From an uncultured Verrucomicrobiota bacterium (GTDB lineage Bacteria > Verrucomicrobiota > Verrucomicrobiia > Limisphaerales > CAYQCZ01), in assembly GCA_964415955.1 (NCBI GenBank), contig CAYQCZ010000002.1, positions 1 through 29,276 on the forward strand: a stretch of DNA of 29,276 nucleotides, in the 5' to 3' direction. Made by a program: the position numbers and the translations under genes. The stretch's first letter is position 1, and every line of letters starts with the position of its first letter. A model generated the notes under the pieces. The model did not search any database and had not been told where the DNA came from. It saw only the letters and a list, made by a program, of their open reading frames with translations. Positions 1-8,636 of the stretch are shown here, piece by piece.

Positions 1-80
1 CCGCCATTCCATCACCCAAATCTGAAAACCCCCCTTTATTCAGCGGCTCCTTAGACCCCGAACACGACTTGAGCCTCTCG

Positions 81-95
81 TAGAGCAATGCTCTA
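81..95. promoter_or_regulatory. 7-1-7 inverted repeat TAGAGCA-A-TGCTCTA, possible operator
   Basis: Perfect inverted repeat ending 11 nt before the ATG at 107; function is inference. Confidence 0.3.
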
Positions 96-106
96 GCAAC
101 GCGAAC

Positions 107-1213
107 ATGCCCCTCGTTCTCGAGAGACCAGTTCAGCACCAGTTGCCAGCGTTTCAGTCCGCTCCCAGACACGCCGACAACCGCGTGGGCATGTGGTCTT
201 CACCCGCCGTCATCGCGCCGAACAACTTCGTTTACAAGAGCCTCTCAAACTGGGCGTTCAACGTTGCAGTTGGTTGCTCGCATGCGTGCCGGTTCTGCTA
301 CGTGCCCAGCGCGGCGACCATCAAGCAGGGGCCGAAGCTCGCCGAATACGGCGTGCAAGACCCGGACGCAGAATGGGGTGATTACATCCTGCTCCGCCCT
401 TGGGACGAGGGCAAGTTCCTCGCGTAGTTGCGCGCGGCGGAGAACACCCCGCGCTCACAGCTCAAGCCCGACGGCAATCGCGCGGTGATGTATTGCAGCA
501 CCACCGATCCCTACCAGGTCATTCACCATCCCGATCCGGAGCGGCAGCGGATGCTCGCGCAGCACGCCCGCCGGCTCGTGCGCCGTTCGCTGGAACTCAT
601 CCGCGACCACTCCACGCTCAACGTCCGCATCCTCACCCGCAGTCCGCTGGCCCGGGCGGATTTCGATCTGTTCAAGAGTTTTGGCCCACGGCTGCTGTTC
701 GGCATGAGCCTGCCCACGCTGCGCAACGACCTCGCGAAGGTCTATGAGCCGAAAGCACCAGCACCGTCGCAACGTCTCGCCGCGCTCCGCGCCGCCCGCG
801 AGGCCGGCCTGCACATCTATGTGGCCGTTGCGCCCACCTACCCGGAGTGCGACGAAGCTGATTTGCGCGCTACGCTCCGTGCCGTGGCCGAGGTCGAACC
901 CGTCACCATCTTCCACGAACCGATCAACATCCGTGCCGAAAACGTGGAACGAATCCAATCCCATGCCGGGGAACTGGGGGTGAACTTGAAGACCGACGTA
1001 TTCGCGACGCGCGAACAATGGCAGGACTATGCCGTGAATGCATTGCAAACCGTGGAACGCCTGGCCGCCGAACTGGGCCTCGCCGACCGCCTCCATCTCT
1101 GGCCGGACAAATCACTGGGCAACGTGGGCGTGGCGAACCGGATGCCCAAACCGAAGGAACACCTGCGTTGGCTGCGGAAGTGGTGGGGGCGGATCAGCGA
1201 GTGGCCGGTGTAA
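107..1213 (+). pseudogene. SPL-like (spore photoproduct lyase / MJ0683-Rv2578c-like) radical SAM protein interrupted by an in-frame TAG at 425-427
   Basis: CxxxCxxC motif GCSHACRFCYV in 107..427. The frame continues directly after the TAG (428..1213) with TDPYQ, RILTRSP and TIFHEP motifs typical of this family. Confidence 0.8.
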
Positions 1214-1235
1214 ACTCTTTCGCCAGTGAGACGTA

Positions 1236-1643
1236 TTGCAGCTTGTGATTGGCGGCGATGATGTATTTGCCCATCCGGTGACAGATATCGCCCGATCCCC
1301 AAGGTTGGATTTGGTCCGAACCGTCGTTGCCCGGTTGCTCGTCGCCGGTTTCAAACTCACGAAGCCAGCCCAATGCGGAGGCGTATTGTCGTTATTCCAG
1401 CAGAGGAAGCACGGGCAAAGTGGGTTCACCTTGCAGAAAAAGGATGGAAGCAGACCCGGCATCTGGTTTCATGACCCCGTTATGCCGCTGTGCTCTGTCA
1501 CCGTCAATCTTGGGTCCGGATTCAAACGAGCCTGCGATATTCGGAATCACCTCCCCGGCACCTTCACCTTCGGGAGTGGCGCTACGAAGGAGGAACTGGA
1601 TGAAATTATCAGGCTTTCCCTCTCTTTATGGCTGCAGTCGTAG
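1236..1643 (+). CDS. hypothetical protein (start uncertain)
   Basis: 135-aa ORF filling the gap between co-oriented genes; no recognisable motif. Confidence 0.45.
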   Translation: MQLVIGGDDVFAHPVTDIARSPRLDLVRTVVARLLVAGFKLTKPAQCGGVLSLFQQRKHGQSGFTLQKKDGSRPGIWFHDPVMPLCSVTVNLGSGFKRACDIRNHLPGTFTFGSGATKEELDEIIRLSLSLWLQS

Positions 1644-1658
1644 CAACGCGATCCTCAC

Positions 1659-2759
1659 ATGGAACCGTCTGAGAACACTCCCCAAATCATCACCCTGGCG
1701 CGCGATCCTCAGGCCGGGCTGGTGACCGTTCTGCCCGGTATTGACGCCGATATCCTGATCAGCGTGCTTGAAGATGCAGGGGTCCCGTTTCTCATCGCCA
1801 AACCGGACAGTCCGCAATACGCCGGGCCGGGGCATGTCTGCCTGATCTTTGGCTCCGAGCATCCGCTGGCATTGCAGCAGGTGCTGAAAGCTTGGGACTT
1901 CGAGGTTGTTCTGGGCCCCGGCTCGTTGCTCCCGGAGCACACCTATGCGCCGCCGCTCGACCGGCTGCTGACCCTGGGCCAGCCACCCCATGGCACGATC
2001 GACATCAACTGTGATGAGCTGGGGCTTCGCGGGGAACACACGCGGGAGCTGATCCGGCTGGCGTTGGATTCCTCGCTCCATTTCGCTCCCTCAGACAGCC
2101 TGGCGGTCTGGGCTCCTGTGTATGCGTGGCGCGCACTGGCGGCACTGAAGGCGACGGAGGCGGCATGGCCTTTGACGGTATTACTGCCCAGAATGGACAG
2201 CGGAGAGGGGGATGAATACATCGGCATTGAACTGCCCAAGGTATTTGCCGCTTTGGGCGGGGTGGCCCTTGAGCCTTTGACATCGTTTCTGGCGGATGAA
2301 AACCAAGGGGAATGGTCTCGCTCGACGGCCGCAGACGCGTTGGAAAAGATCGCCCAAAGGCATCCGGCTTTGCGAGATGACTGCATCAAACGTATCACCA
2401 GCCAGCTCGGGTCATTCGCCAACCATTCCGAGACCCTGAATGCCTCACTGATCTGGAACCTCGCCCAGCTAAAGGCATTGGAGTCCATGCCGGTGATACA
2501 AGCGGCGTTCGCCGCCGGGAAGGTGGATGAAGCGCACTGTGGCGATCTCGATGACATCGAAATTGAAATGGGCCTCAAAAAGGTTCGTGAACGTCCGCGC
2601 AAGCCCAACCGGCTGACAGAGCTGGGTGCGAAGCTGCGGGCCCTAGGGGAGGCCAAACGTGAGCCGGCCATGCCCTACCTTGCTCCGCCCAAGCCCGGCC
2701 GCAACGAACCCTGTCCGTGTGGCAGTGGACGGAAATACAAGAAATGCTGCGGCCGCTGA
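1659..2759 (+). CDS. HEAT-like/DUF1186-type helical protein with C-terminal SEC-C zinc-binding motif
   Basis: C-terminal PGRNEPCPCGSGRKYKKCC; helical repeat core such as AWRALAALKA and RSTAADALEKIA. Confidence 0.85.
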   Translation: MEPSENTPQIITLARDPQAGLVTVLPGIDADILISVLEDAGVPFLIAKPDSPQYAGPGHVCLIFGSEHPLALQQVLKAWDFEVVLGPGSLLPEHTYAPPLDRLLTLGQPPHGTIDINCDELGLRGEHTRELIRLALDSSLHFAPSDSLAVWAPVYAWRALAALKATEAAWPLTVLLPRMDSGEGDEYIGIELPKVFAALGGVALEPLTSFLADENQGEWSRSTAADALEKIAQRHPALRDDCIKRITSQLGSFANHSETLNASLIWNLAQLKALESMPVIQAAFAAGKVDEAHCGDLDDIEIEMGLKKVRERPRKPNRLTELGAKLRALGEAKREPAMPYLAPPKPGRNEPCPCGSGRKYKKCCGR

Positions 2760-2768
2760 TGGACCTCC

Positions 2769-4001
2769 ATGCGCATGAGAGTGTTGATCACAGTTTGTTT
2801 TCTGCTGGGTGTTCATTCCACCCACGCGCTGACCAACATCACGGGGGATCTCATCGTCGAGGCGCAGCGGCTGGAGAATTTCTCCAAGGTGCACTTCGGC
2901 GAGGGATCGAACAATTACGTAGCGCCCACTGGCCCCGAATGGACGCAGTTCAGGGTGCTCGCGGCCTCGCTCTGGGCGGGCGACACCAATGCCGCCGATG
3001 CGCAGGCGACCGCGCTGGGCTACGACCTGTTCACCTTTACGGACACCAATTGGAACGCGCTGCTCTACGGCGTGCGTTCGCAGGAGACCAACGGTTTCCC
3101 GGTGAAAGGCTGGGGCACCTACTTTGTGAACACCAATTCCGTCGTGCCCGCGCTCATCCAGGCCCCGCATCCGCAGTGGGATTTCCGCACGCCGCTCCTG
3201 GCCGCCGAGGTGTTCCTCAAATCCGGCGCGCGCGGCTTGATGATTGCGGGGGCGCACCGGCATGTGAACGGCACTGGCACGGCTGATCCCGCCGATTTGA
3301 CGGGAACGATTTTCCACGCGGTTCACGAGGAGTGGAGCGGGCCGGGTGCCACCAATCTTGCGTGGCAGATTCATGGATTCAATCCGGCAAACCACGGTGG
3401 TTTTCCACAGGGAACACTGGCGGTGCTTTCCACCGGCAAGGACGGGGACAATTTCTTTTCCACCAATCTTGTGCGGCTGGACCAGCGTCTGGAATGGAAC
3501 GGCATCAAGTCCTACGGCTACGCGAAGAACCTTCCATTGAACGATCCGCTCAACCTGCTGGTGAACGAGGGTGCCGATGGCCAGACGTTTTCGCCGTTGG
3601 GCGCGCGCTCGAATGTGCAGGGTGATTATTGTCACGCAGCGGGCGGTGATTTCCTGCACATCGAGATGGCCACCTACACGCGGACGAATGTGCCCACGCG
3701 CAGCCTCGTGGCGGATTCGATCGCGTGCTCGGTGTTGCTGAGCCGGACCAATGCGCCGCCTGCCGAGGGCTCCTTCACCGTGTCGGGTGCCACCCGCACG
3801 CAGTCGGAATTCAGGTTTCAATTCCAGTCAGCCAGCCGGAGGTCCTATCGGGCGGAGCGCAGCGAAACCTTGTCCAGTCCATCGTGGCAGGTGTGGCAGG
3901 TGCTGCCCGGCAATGGCGGGCTTCTGTGGGTGACGAACAGTCTGCCGCCGGTGAGCGGGGCGTTCTTTCGTGTGGTGCGTGAAGGCAGTGACCAGCCATG
4001 A
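2769..4001 (+). CDS. secreted putative Zn-dependent hydrolase with a short C-terminal beta-rich domain
   Basis: Signal peptide MRVLITVCFLLGVHSTHA; motifs IQAPHP, WQIHGF, FLHIEM; C-terminal SYRAERSETLSSPSW...TN...FFRV. Confidence 0.6.
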   Translation: MRMRVLITVCFLLGVHSTHALTNITGDLIVEAQRLENFSKVHFGEGSNNYVAPTGPEWTQFRVLAASLWAGDTNAADAQATALGYDLFTFTDTNWNALLYGVRSQETNGFPVKGWGTYFVNTNSVVPALIQAPHPQWDFRTPLLAAEVFLKSGARGLMIAGAHRHVNGTGTADPADLTGTIFHAVHEEWSGPGATNLAWQIHGFNPANHGGFPQGTLAVLSTGKDGDNFFSTNLVRLDQRLEWNGIKSYGYAKNLPLNDPLNLLVNEGADGQTFSPLGARSNVQGDYCHAAGGDFLHIEMATYTRTNVPTRSLVADSIACSVLLSRTNAPPAEGSFTVSGATRTQSEFRFQFQSASRRSYRAERSETLSSPSWQVWQVLPGNGGLLWVTNSLPPVSGAFFRVVREGSDQP

Positions 4002-4363
4002 GCACAAAGACCACACGGGCGGTTGGTTCGCGCGCGCGGCTGACGCGGCGTGGCTGGCTGGTGCTGGTGGTGCTGCCCGCACTGGCATTGGCGATCTGGA
4101 CGGCGTGGAGTCTGCGACCCAAGTGGGTGCTGACGGACAAGCGCGGCCCGACCTCTGTCTGGCGCAAGGGCAATGTCATGCACACGGATCTGAATGGCGA
4201 CGGGCGCGTGGATGAAGTGGTGGTGCTGGCGAGCGATGGGCGGATGACGCACGTCAAGCGGGACAGCGATCTGGACGGGTGGTTCGACCTGGAATACGAC
4301 CTCGGCCCCCACGGTCTGGCGTTGAACGTGCGCACGATCAGGGAACGCGCGCCGAGGCATTGA
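3998..4363 (+). CDS. small membrane-anchored protein with two DxDxDG-type Ca-binding-like loops
   Basis: One TM segment WLVLVVLPALALAIWTAW; DLNGDGRVDE and DSDLDGWFDLE; ATGA overlap with the upstream gene. Confidence 0.65.
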   Translation: MSTKTTRAVGSRARLTRRGWLVLVVLPALALAIWTAWSLRPKWVLTDKRGPTSVWRKGNVMHTDLNGDGRVDEVVVLASDGRMTHVKRDSDLDGWFDLEYDLGPHGLALNVRTIRERAPRH

Positions 4364-4377
4364 GTGTCACAGCGGGG

Positions 4378-5667
4378 TCAGACGCGCAGCAGGGCCACAT
4401 ACGCACCGTCCACAGCATCCTGCACGGGATGAAGCTGGCGTTCGTGTTCCAGCCGCAGGTCTGGATGGGCGGCCATCAGTTTCTGGATTTGATCACGGTT
4501 CTCCTCGGGCTCAAGGCTGCACGTGCTGTAAACGAGCGTTCCACCGGGTTTCAAGAGCGGCAGGGATTGCGTCAACAGGGCTGATTGATCTCCGGCGAGC
4601 CGGTTGATCTCCTCCGGGCGGATGCGCCAGCGCAAATCCACACGCCGTCGCATGACGCCGGTGTTGGAACAGGGCGCATCGATCAGAATGCGGTCGAAGC
4701 TCGCCGGTTTCGCGCGGAAGGCGTCCGCCGGGTGTGCTTCCACACATTCCACGCCCAGTCGCGCGCAGTTCAGGGCCAGACGCTTCAGGCGGTCGGGGTC
4801 GCTGTCCACGGCCACGATGCGGCCCTGATTGTTCATGCGGGCGGCGATGGCGGTGGTCTTGCCGCCGGGCGCGGCGCACAGATCAAGGATGGTTTCTCCC
4901 GTCTGAGGATCCAGGGTGTGAACCGCCAGCAGCGTGCTGGGATCCTGGATGTAAAACAGCCCCTCCTGAAAGGACGCGAGTTCGGTCAGATTCGGATGAC
5001 TGGTCAGCCGCCAGACGGTTTCAGCCCCGGTCCAGTCGGTTTCAACCGCATGGAAGCTGACACCTTCGGCGGTCCAGCGTTCCGTCAGGGAACGTGCGTC
5101 GCCTTTCAACGGGTTCAGCCGTGCATGGGTGAGGGGGGGCTGGTTGTTCCATTCGAGCAGGCGGGCAAGATTGTCCCCGCCGAATTGTGATTGCCAACGG
5201 TCCACCAGCCATGCGGGATGGGAGAAACCGATGGCGGGCTGTGTGGCTTTCAGCGTTTCGAGCTGGTGGCGGGTGGTGTCCTTGGTGCGGACGTAACCGC
5301 GCAGGACGGCATTGATGAAGCCGCTTTGGGGGCCGCAGCCGAAGCGGCGGGCAAGCTCGACAGATTCATGGACGGCGGCATGGTCGGGCACGCGGTCCAG
5401 CCAGAAAAGCTGGTAGAGACCAAGACGGAGGATCACGCGCAGGACGGGCTTCTGGGGGCGGCCGCCGGTCTTCTGATCGATGAGCCAGTCCAGTGCGCCC
5501 TGCCAGCGCACGGCCCCATAGACCAGCTCCTGGACGAGTCCACGGTCCTGCGGTGAAACAGGCGCCTGCGACAGCTCCGCCGCCAGCAAATTTTCCACAT
5601 AATCCGTCCCGCCCTCCCGGCGCTGGAGGGTGCGGACGGCAATTTCTCTTGGTTTTTGAAAAGCCAC
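4378..5667 (-). CDS. rsmB: 16S rRNA m5C967 methyltransferase RsmB/Sun (NusB-like N-terminal domain)
   Basis: DLCAAPGGKT, DAPCSNTG and YSTCS motifs; N-terminal LVYGAVRWQGALD and ILRLGLYQL. Confidence 0.93.
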   Translation of the reverse strand: MAFQKPREIAVRTLQRREGGTDYVENLLAAELSQAPVSPQDRGLVQELVYGAVRWQGALDWLIDQKTGGRPQKPVLRVILRLGLYQLFWLDRVPDHAAVHESVELARRFGCGPQSGFINAVLRGYVRTKDTTRHQLETLKATQPAIGFSHPAWLVDRWQSQFGGDNLARLLEWNNQPPLTHARLNPLKGDARSLTERWTAEGVSFHAVETDWTGAETVWRLTSHPNLTELASFQEGLFYIQDPSTLLAVHTLDPQTGETILDLCAAPGGKTTAIAARMNNQGRIVAVDSDPDRLKRLALNCARLGVECVEAHPADAFRAKPASFDRILIDAPCSNTGVMRRRVDLRWRIRPEEINRLAGDQSALLTQSLPLLKPGGTLVYSTCSLEPEENRDQIQKLMAAHPDLRLEHERQLHPVQDAVDGAYVALLRV

Positions 5668-5684
5668 GCGGCCATAATGGCCGC
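5668..5684. promoter_or_regulatory. 8-1-8 palindrome GCGGCCAT-A-ATGGCCGC carrying -10-like hexamers on both strands (divergent rsmB/greA promoter)
   Basis: CATAAT on + (5673-5678) and CATTAT on - (5679-5674), the latter 6 nt before the rsmB GTG. Confidence 0.45.
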
Positions 5685-5716
5685 CATTCGTTTCGAGGCG
5701 AGCGTTTTAAGGCATT

Positions 5717-7609
5717 ATGAGAGAGGAACTAGAGAAACTGGCTGCAGCCGGGAAGATCGGGAAGCAGGATGTCGATCCCCTGGTGCAACTGGCCACCAGC
5801 GGCTATTGCATGCACAAGAGCTGGGGCTTTGGAAAAATCACCACGGTTGATGCGGTGCTGTCGCGCCTGAGCGTGGATTTCCAGGGCAAGGCCGGCCATT
5901 CGATGGATTTGTCCTTTGCCGCCAGTTCGCTGAAGCCCATTCCCGCCAGCCACATCCTTTCCCGCAAGCTTTCCGACCTCGCAGGACTTCGCCAGATGGC
6001 GGCCCTGCATCACCTGGACCTCATCAAGGTGGTCCTCAGCAGTTATGACGGCAGGGCCACCATCGAGCAGATCCAGCAGGTCCTCGTGCCCGAAGTCATT
6101 GCCGATGACTGGAAAAAATGGTGGGAGGTCGCCCGCCGCGAGATGAAGAAGGACGGCCACTTCCAGCTTCCCATCAAGAAAAACGACCCCGTGGTGTATC
6201 ACGAGCGGGAGGTGTCCCTGAAGGACAGCCTTCTGAACGAATTTCGCGAGGCCAAGGGCTTGAAGGCCCGCATCACGGTCATCACCGAGATGCTCAAGAA
6301 CCTGTCCGATCTCTCCGACGCCACGCACGCCGCCTCGGACATGATCACCGCGTTGAACATGGACATCCAGAGCCATCAACGCACACAGCCCGGGCTGGCC
6401 CTCGAGGCCATCTTCGCACGGGACGACCTCCGCAAGGCGCTCAATCTCCAACCCCAGGAAGGCGAAGTCACCGAGGCCATGGTCTGGGCCCAGGAAGCCC
6501 GGCTTTCGAGCGTGTGCGACCAGATGCCCGCCCAGAAACACCGGCGCGCCCTGCAATCCTACAAGGACGCCCACCCCGACACCTGGTCGGAGACCGTGCA
6601 GGACCTGCTCACCAGCGCCCCTGCCAAGCTCTGCGGCGAGTGCGCCCAGATTCTCGCCCAGTCGGGCAACCTTGATCAGCTCAAGGCCACGCTCGCGCGG
6701 CTGATCAGCCAGCATCAGGCCAGCACCGAGTTGTTGCTCTGGCTGGCCAAGGAACGCTCGGACACCTACGCCGACATCCTCGGCCCCGAGGTGTTCCGCG
6801 CCATGATCACTGCGATCGAGCGTGACCAGTTCAACGAGAAGAAGTCCAACCGGCTGCCGGATTACATCCTCAGCGACCACGAGTTGATCCCGGACCTGAT
6901 CGAGGCGGCGGACATCGAGGTGATCAGGGATCTCACGCGCGCCCTTCAGTTCTCCCCCAGTTTTGATGACATGGACAAGCGGTCCCTGCTGGCCCGCATC
7001 GTCAAGGTCTTTCCCGCCGTGCAGTCGCTCATCTCCGGCGAATCCACCAAGCAGGACGCCGGCCTTCTGGTTTCCTGGGGCAGCCTCGAACGGCGCAAAT
7101 CAGAATACGAGGAGCTTGTTCAGAAGAAGATTCCGGCCAACTCGAAGGACATCGCCGTGGCCCGCAGTTACGGTGACCTCCGCGAAAACCACGAATACAA
7201 GGCGGCCAAGGAGATGCAGAAGGTGCTCATGCGCCGCAAACACGAGCTGGAAACCCAGCTCACACGGGCGCGTGGCACGGATTTCGCCAATCCCCGCACC
7301 GATGTCGTCAGCCCCGGCACCAAGGTCGCGCTCACGGACCTCGGCTCCGGCCAGCGTGAAACCTACGCCATCCTGGGCGCGTGGGATGGCGACCCCGACA
7401 AGGGCGTCATCAGTTACCTCACCCCCATGGCCCAGAGCATCCTGAACAGGAAAGCGGGCGAGGAGGTGGACTTCGACATGGAGGGTGTCACGAAACGTTA
7501 CCGCGTGGAATCCATCGAAGCCGTCGATCCCGCCCTGATTCCCGCCCAGTCTGAATCCATTCCTGCGGCTGCCACGCCGGCATCCGGCGAACCGGCCGCG
7601 GCAGGCTGA
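5717..7609 (+). CDS. greA: transcription elongation factor GreA/GreB family, long form with ~450-aa N-terminal extension
   Basis: C-terminal IAVARSYGDLRENHEYKAAKE and ILGAWDGDPDKGVISYLTPMAQSIL match the Gre family. Confidence 0.9.
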   Translation: MREELEKLAAAGKIGKQDVDPLVQLATSGYCMHKSWGFGKITTVDAVLSRLSVDFQGKAGHSMDLSFAASSLKPIPASHILSRKLSDLAGLRQMAALHHLDLIKVVLSSYDGRATIEQIQQVLVPEVIADDWKKWWEVARREMKKDGHFQLPIKKNDPVVYHEREVSLKDSLLNEFREAKGLKARITVITEMLKNLSDLSDATHAASDMITALNMDIQSHQRTQPGLALEAIFARDDLRKALNLQPQEGEVTEAMVWAQEARLSSVCDQMPAQKHRRALQSYKDAHPDTWSETVQDLLTSAPAKLCGECAQILAQSGNLDQLKATLARLISQHQASTELLLWLAKERSDTYADILGPEVFRAMITAIERDQFNEKKSNRLPDYILSDHELIPDLIEAADIEVIRDLTRALQFSPSFDDMDKRSLLARIVKVFPAVQSLISGESTKQDAGLLVSWGSLERRKSEYEELVQKKIPANSKDIAVARSYGDLRENHEYKAAKEMQKVLMRRKHELETQLTRARGTDFANPRTDVVSPGTKVALTDLGSGQRETYAILGAWDGDPDKGVISYLTPMAQSILNRKAGEEVDFDMEGVTKRYRVESIEAVDPALIPAQSESIPAAATPASGEPAAAG

Positions 7610-7652
7610 GCCCCATCAAGGCGGCTCACTGCCGGGCCTCAACCCGCATCGC

Positions 7653-8630
7653 ATGGCGGTCATCGAAGTTCAGGGCCTCACCAAGACTTTCCGCACCTAC
7701 AAGAAGCTGCCGGGCTTCAAAGGCGCCCTGCGCGGACTTTTCCACCGCACCTACGAGCACACCACCGCCGTCAAGGACGTCGCCTTCCGCATCGAGGAGG
7801 GTGAACTGGTCGGCTTTCTCGGCCCCAACGGCGCGGGCAAGACCACCACGCTCAAGATGCTGGCCGGCCTCCTGTATCCCACCGGCGGCGAAGCCCGTGT
7901 GCTGGGGCACGTTCCGTGGGAACGTGAGGATGGTTACCGCCGGCAGTTCGCCCTGTTGCTGGGTCAGAAGAACCAGCTCTGGTGGGATCTTCCGGCCTAC
8001 GAATCCCTCGAGCTGAACGCAAAGATTTACGGCATCGAACCCGCTGAATTCAAACGCACGGTGGATGACCTGACCGCGCTGCTCGGCGTGTCTGAAAAGC
8101 TCAACGTCATGGTGCGCGAACTGTCGCTGGGCGAGCGCATGAAGATGGAACTCATCGCCGCGCTGCTCCACAAGCCCCGCGTGCTGTTCCTGGATGAACC
8201 CACCATCGGCCTGGACGTCGTCTCCCAGAAGATCGTGCGCGAATTCCTCCGCAGCTACAACGCCACGCAAAAGACCACCATCCTCCTGACCAGCCACTAC
8301 ATGGCGGACATCCAGGAGCTCTGCAAACGTGTGATCATCATCGACCACGGCACGATCTTCTTTGACGGCCGTCTCGGCGAGGTCATGGACCGGTTTGCCG
8401 ATTTCAAGGTGCTGACCATCGACTGCGCGGGCGGCCTCGGTTGCGACCCGGGCTCCCTTTCCCACCATGGCGAGGTGATGGAAAGCACGCCGGTGAGCGT
8501 GAAGCTCAAGGTGAAGCGCGACCGCGTCATACCCGTCTGCAAGGCGCTGCTCGACAGGCTGCCCGTCACGGACATCGACATCCAGGAAGTGCCCATCGAG
8601 GACATCATCCGGCAGATATTTTCGCGGTGA
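7653..8630 (+). CDS. ABC-2 type exporter ATP-binding subunit
   Basis: Walker A GPNGAGKTT, signature LSLGERMK, Walker B LFLDEPT, H-loop LTSHY. Confidence 0.93.
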   Translation: MAVIEVQGLTKTFRTYKKLPGFKGALRGLFHRTYEHTTAVKDVAFRIEEGELVGFLGPNGAGKTTTLKMLAGLLYPTGGEARVLGHVPWEREDGYRRQFALLLGQKNQLWWDLPAYESLELNAKIYGIEPAEFKRTVDDLTALLGVSEKLNVMVRELSLGERMKMELIAALLHKPRVLFLDEPTIGLDVVSQKIVREFLRSYNATQKTTILLTSHYMADIQELCKRVIIIDHGTIFFDGRLGEVMDRFADFKVLTIDCAGGLGCDPGSLSHHGEVMESTPVSVKLKVKRDRVIPVCKALLDRLPVTDIDIQEVPIEDIIRQIFSR

Positions 8631-8636
8631 GGCGGT

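Noticed and set aside
50-110. LexA box upstream of the radical SAM gene
   Set aside because: GAACA half-sites are present (60-64, 103-107), but there is no correctly spaced TGTTC partner.
425-454. Genome-wide stop-codon reassignment, or a PYLIS-like hairpin after the TAG
   Set aside because: TAG and TGA end normal genes in this window, and the 6-bp GC stem (432-437/449-454) is unremarkable at this GC content.
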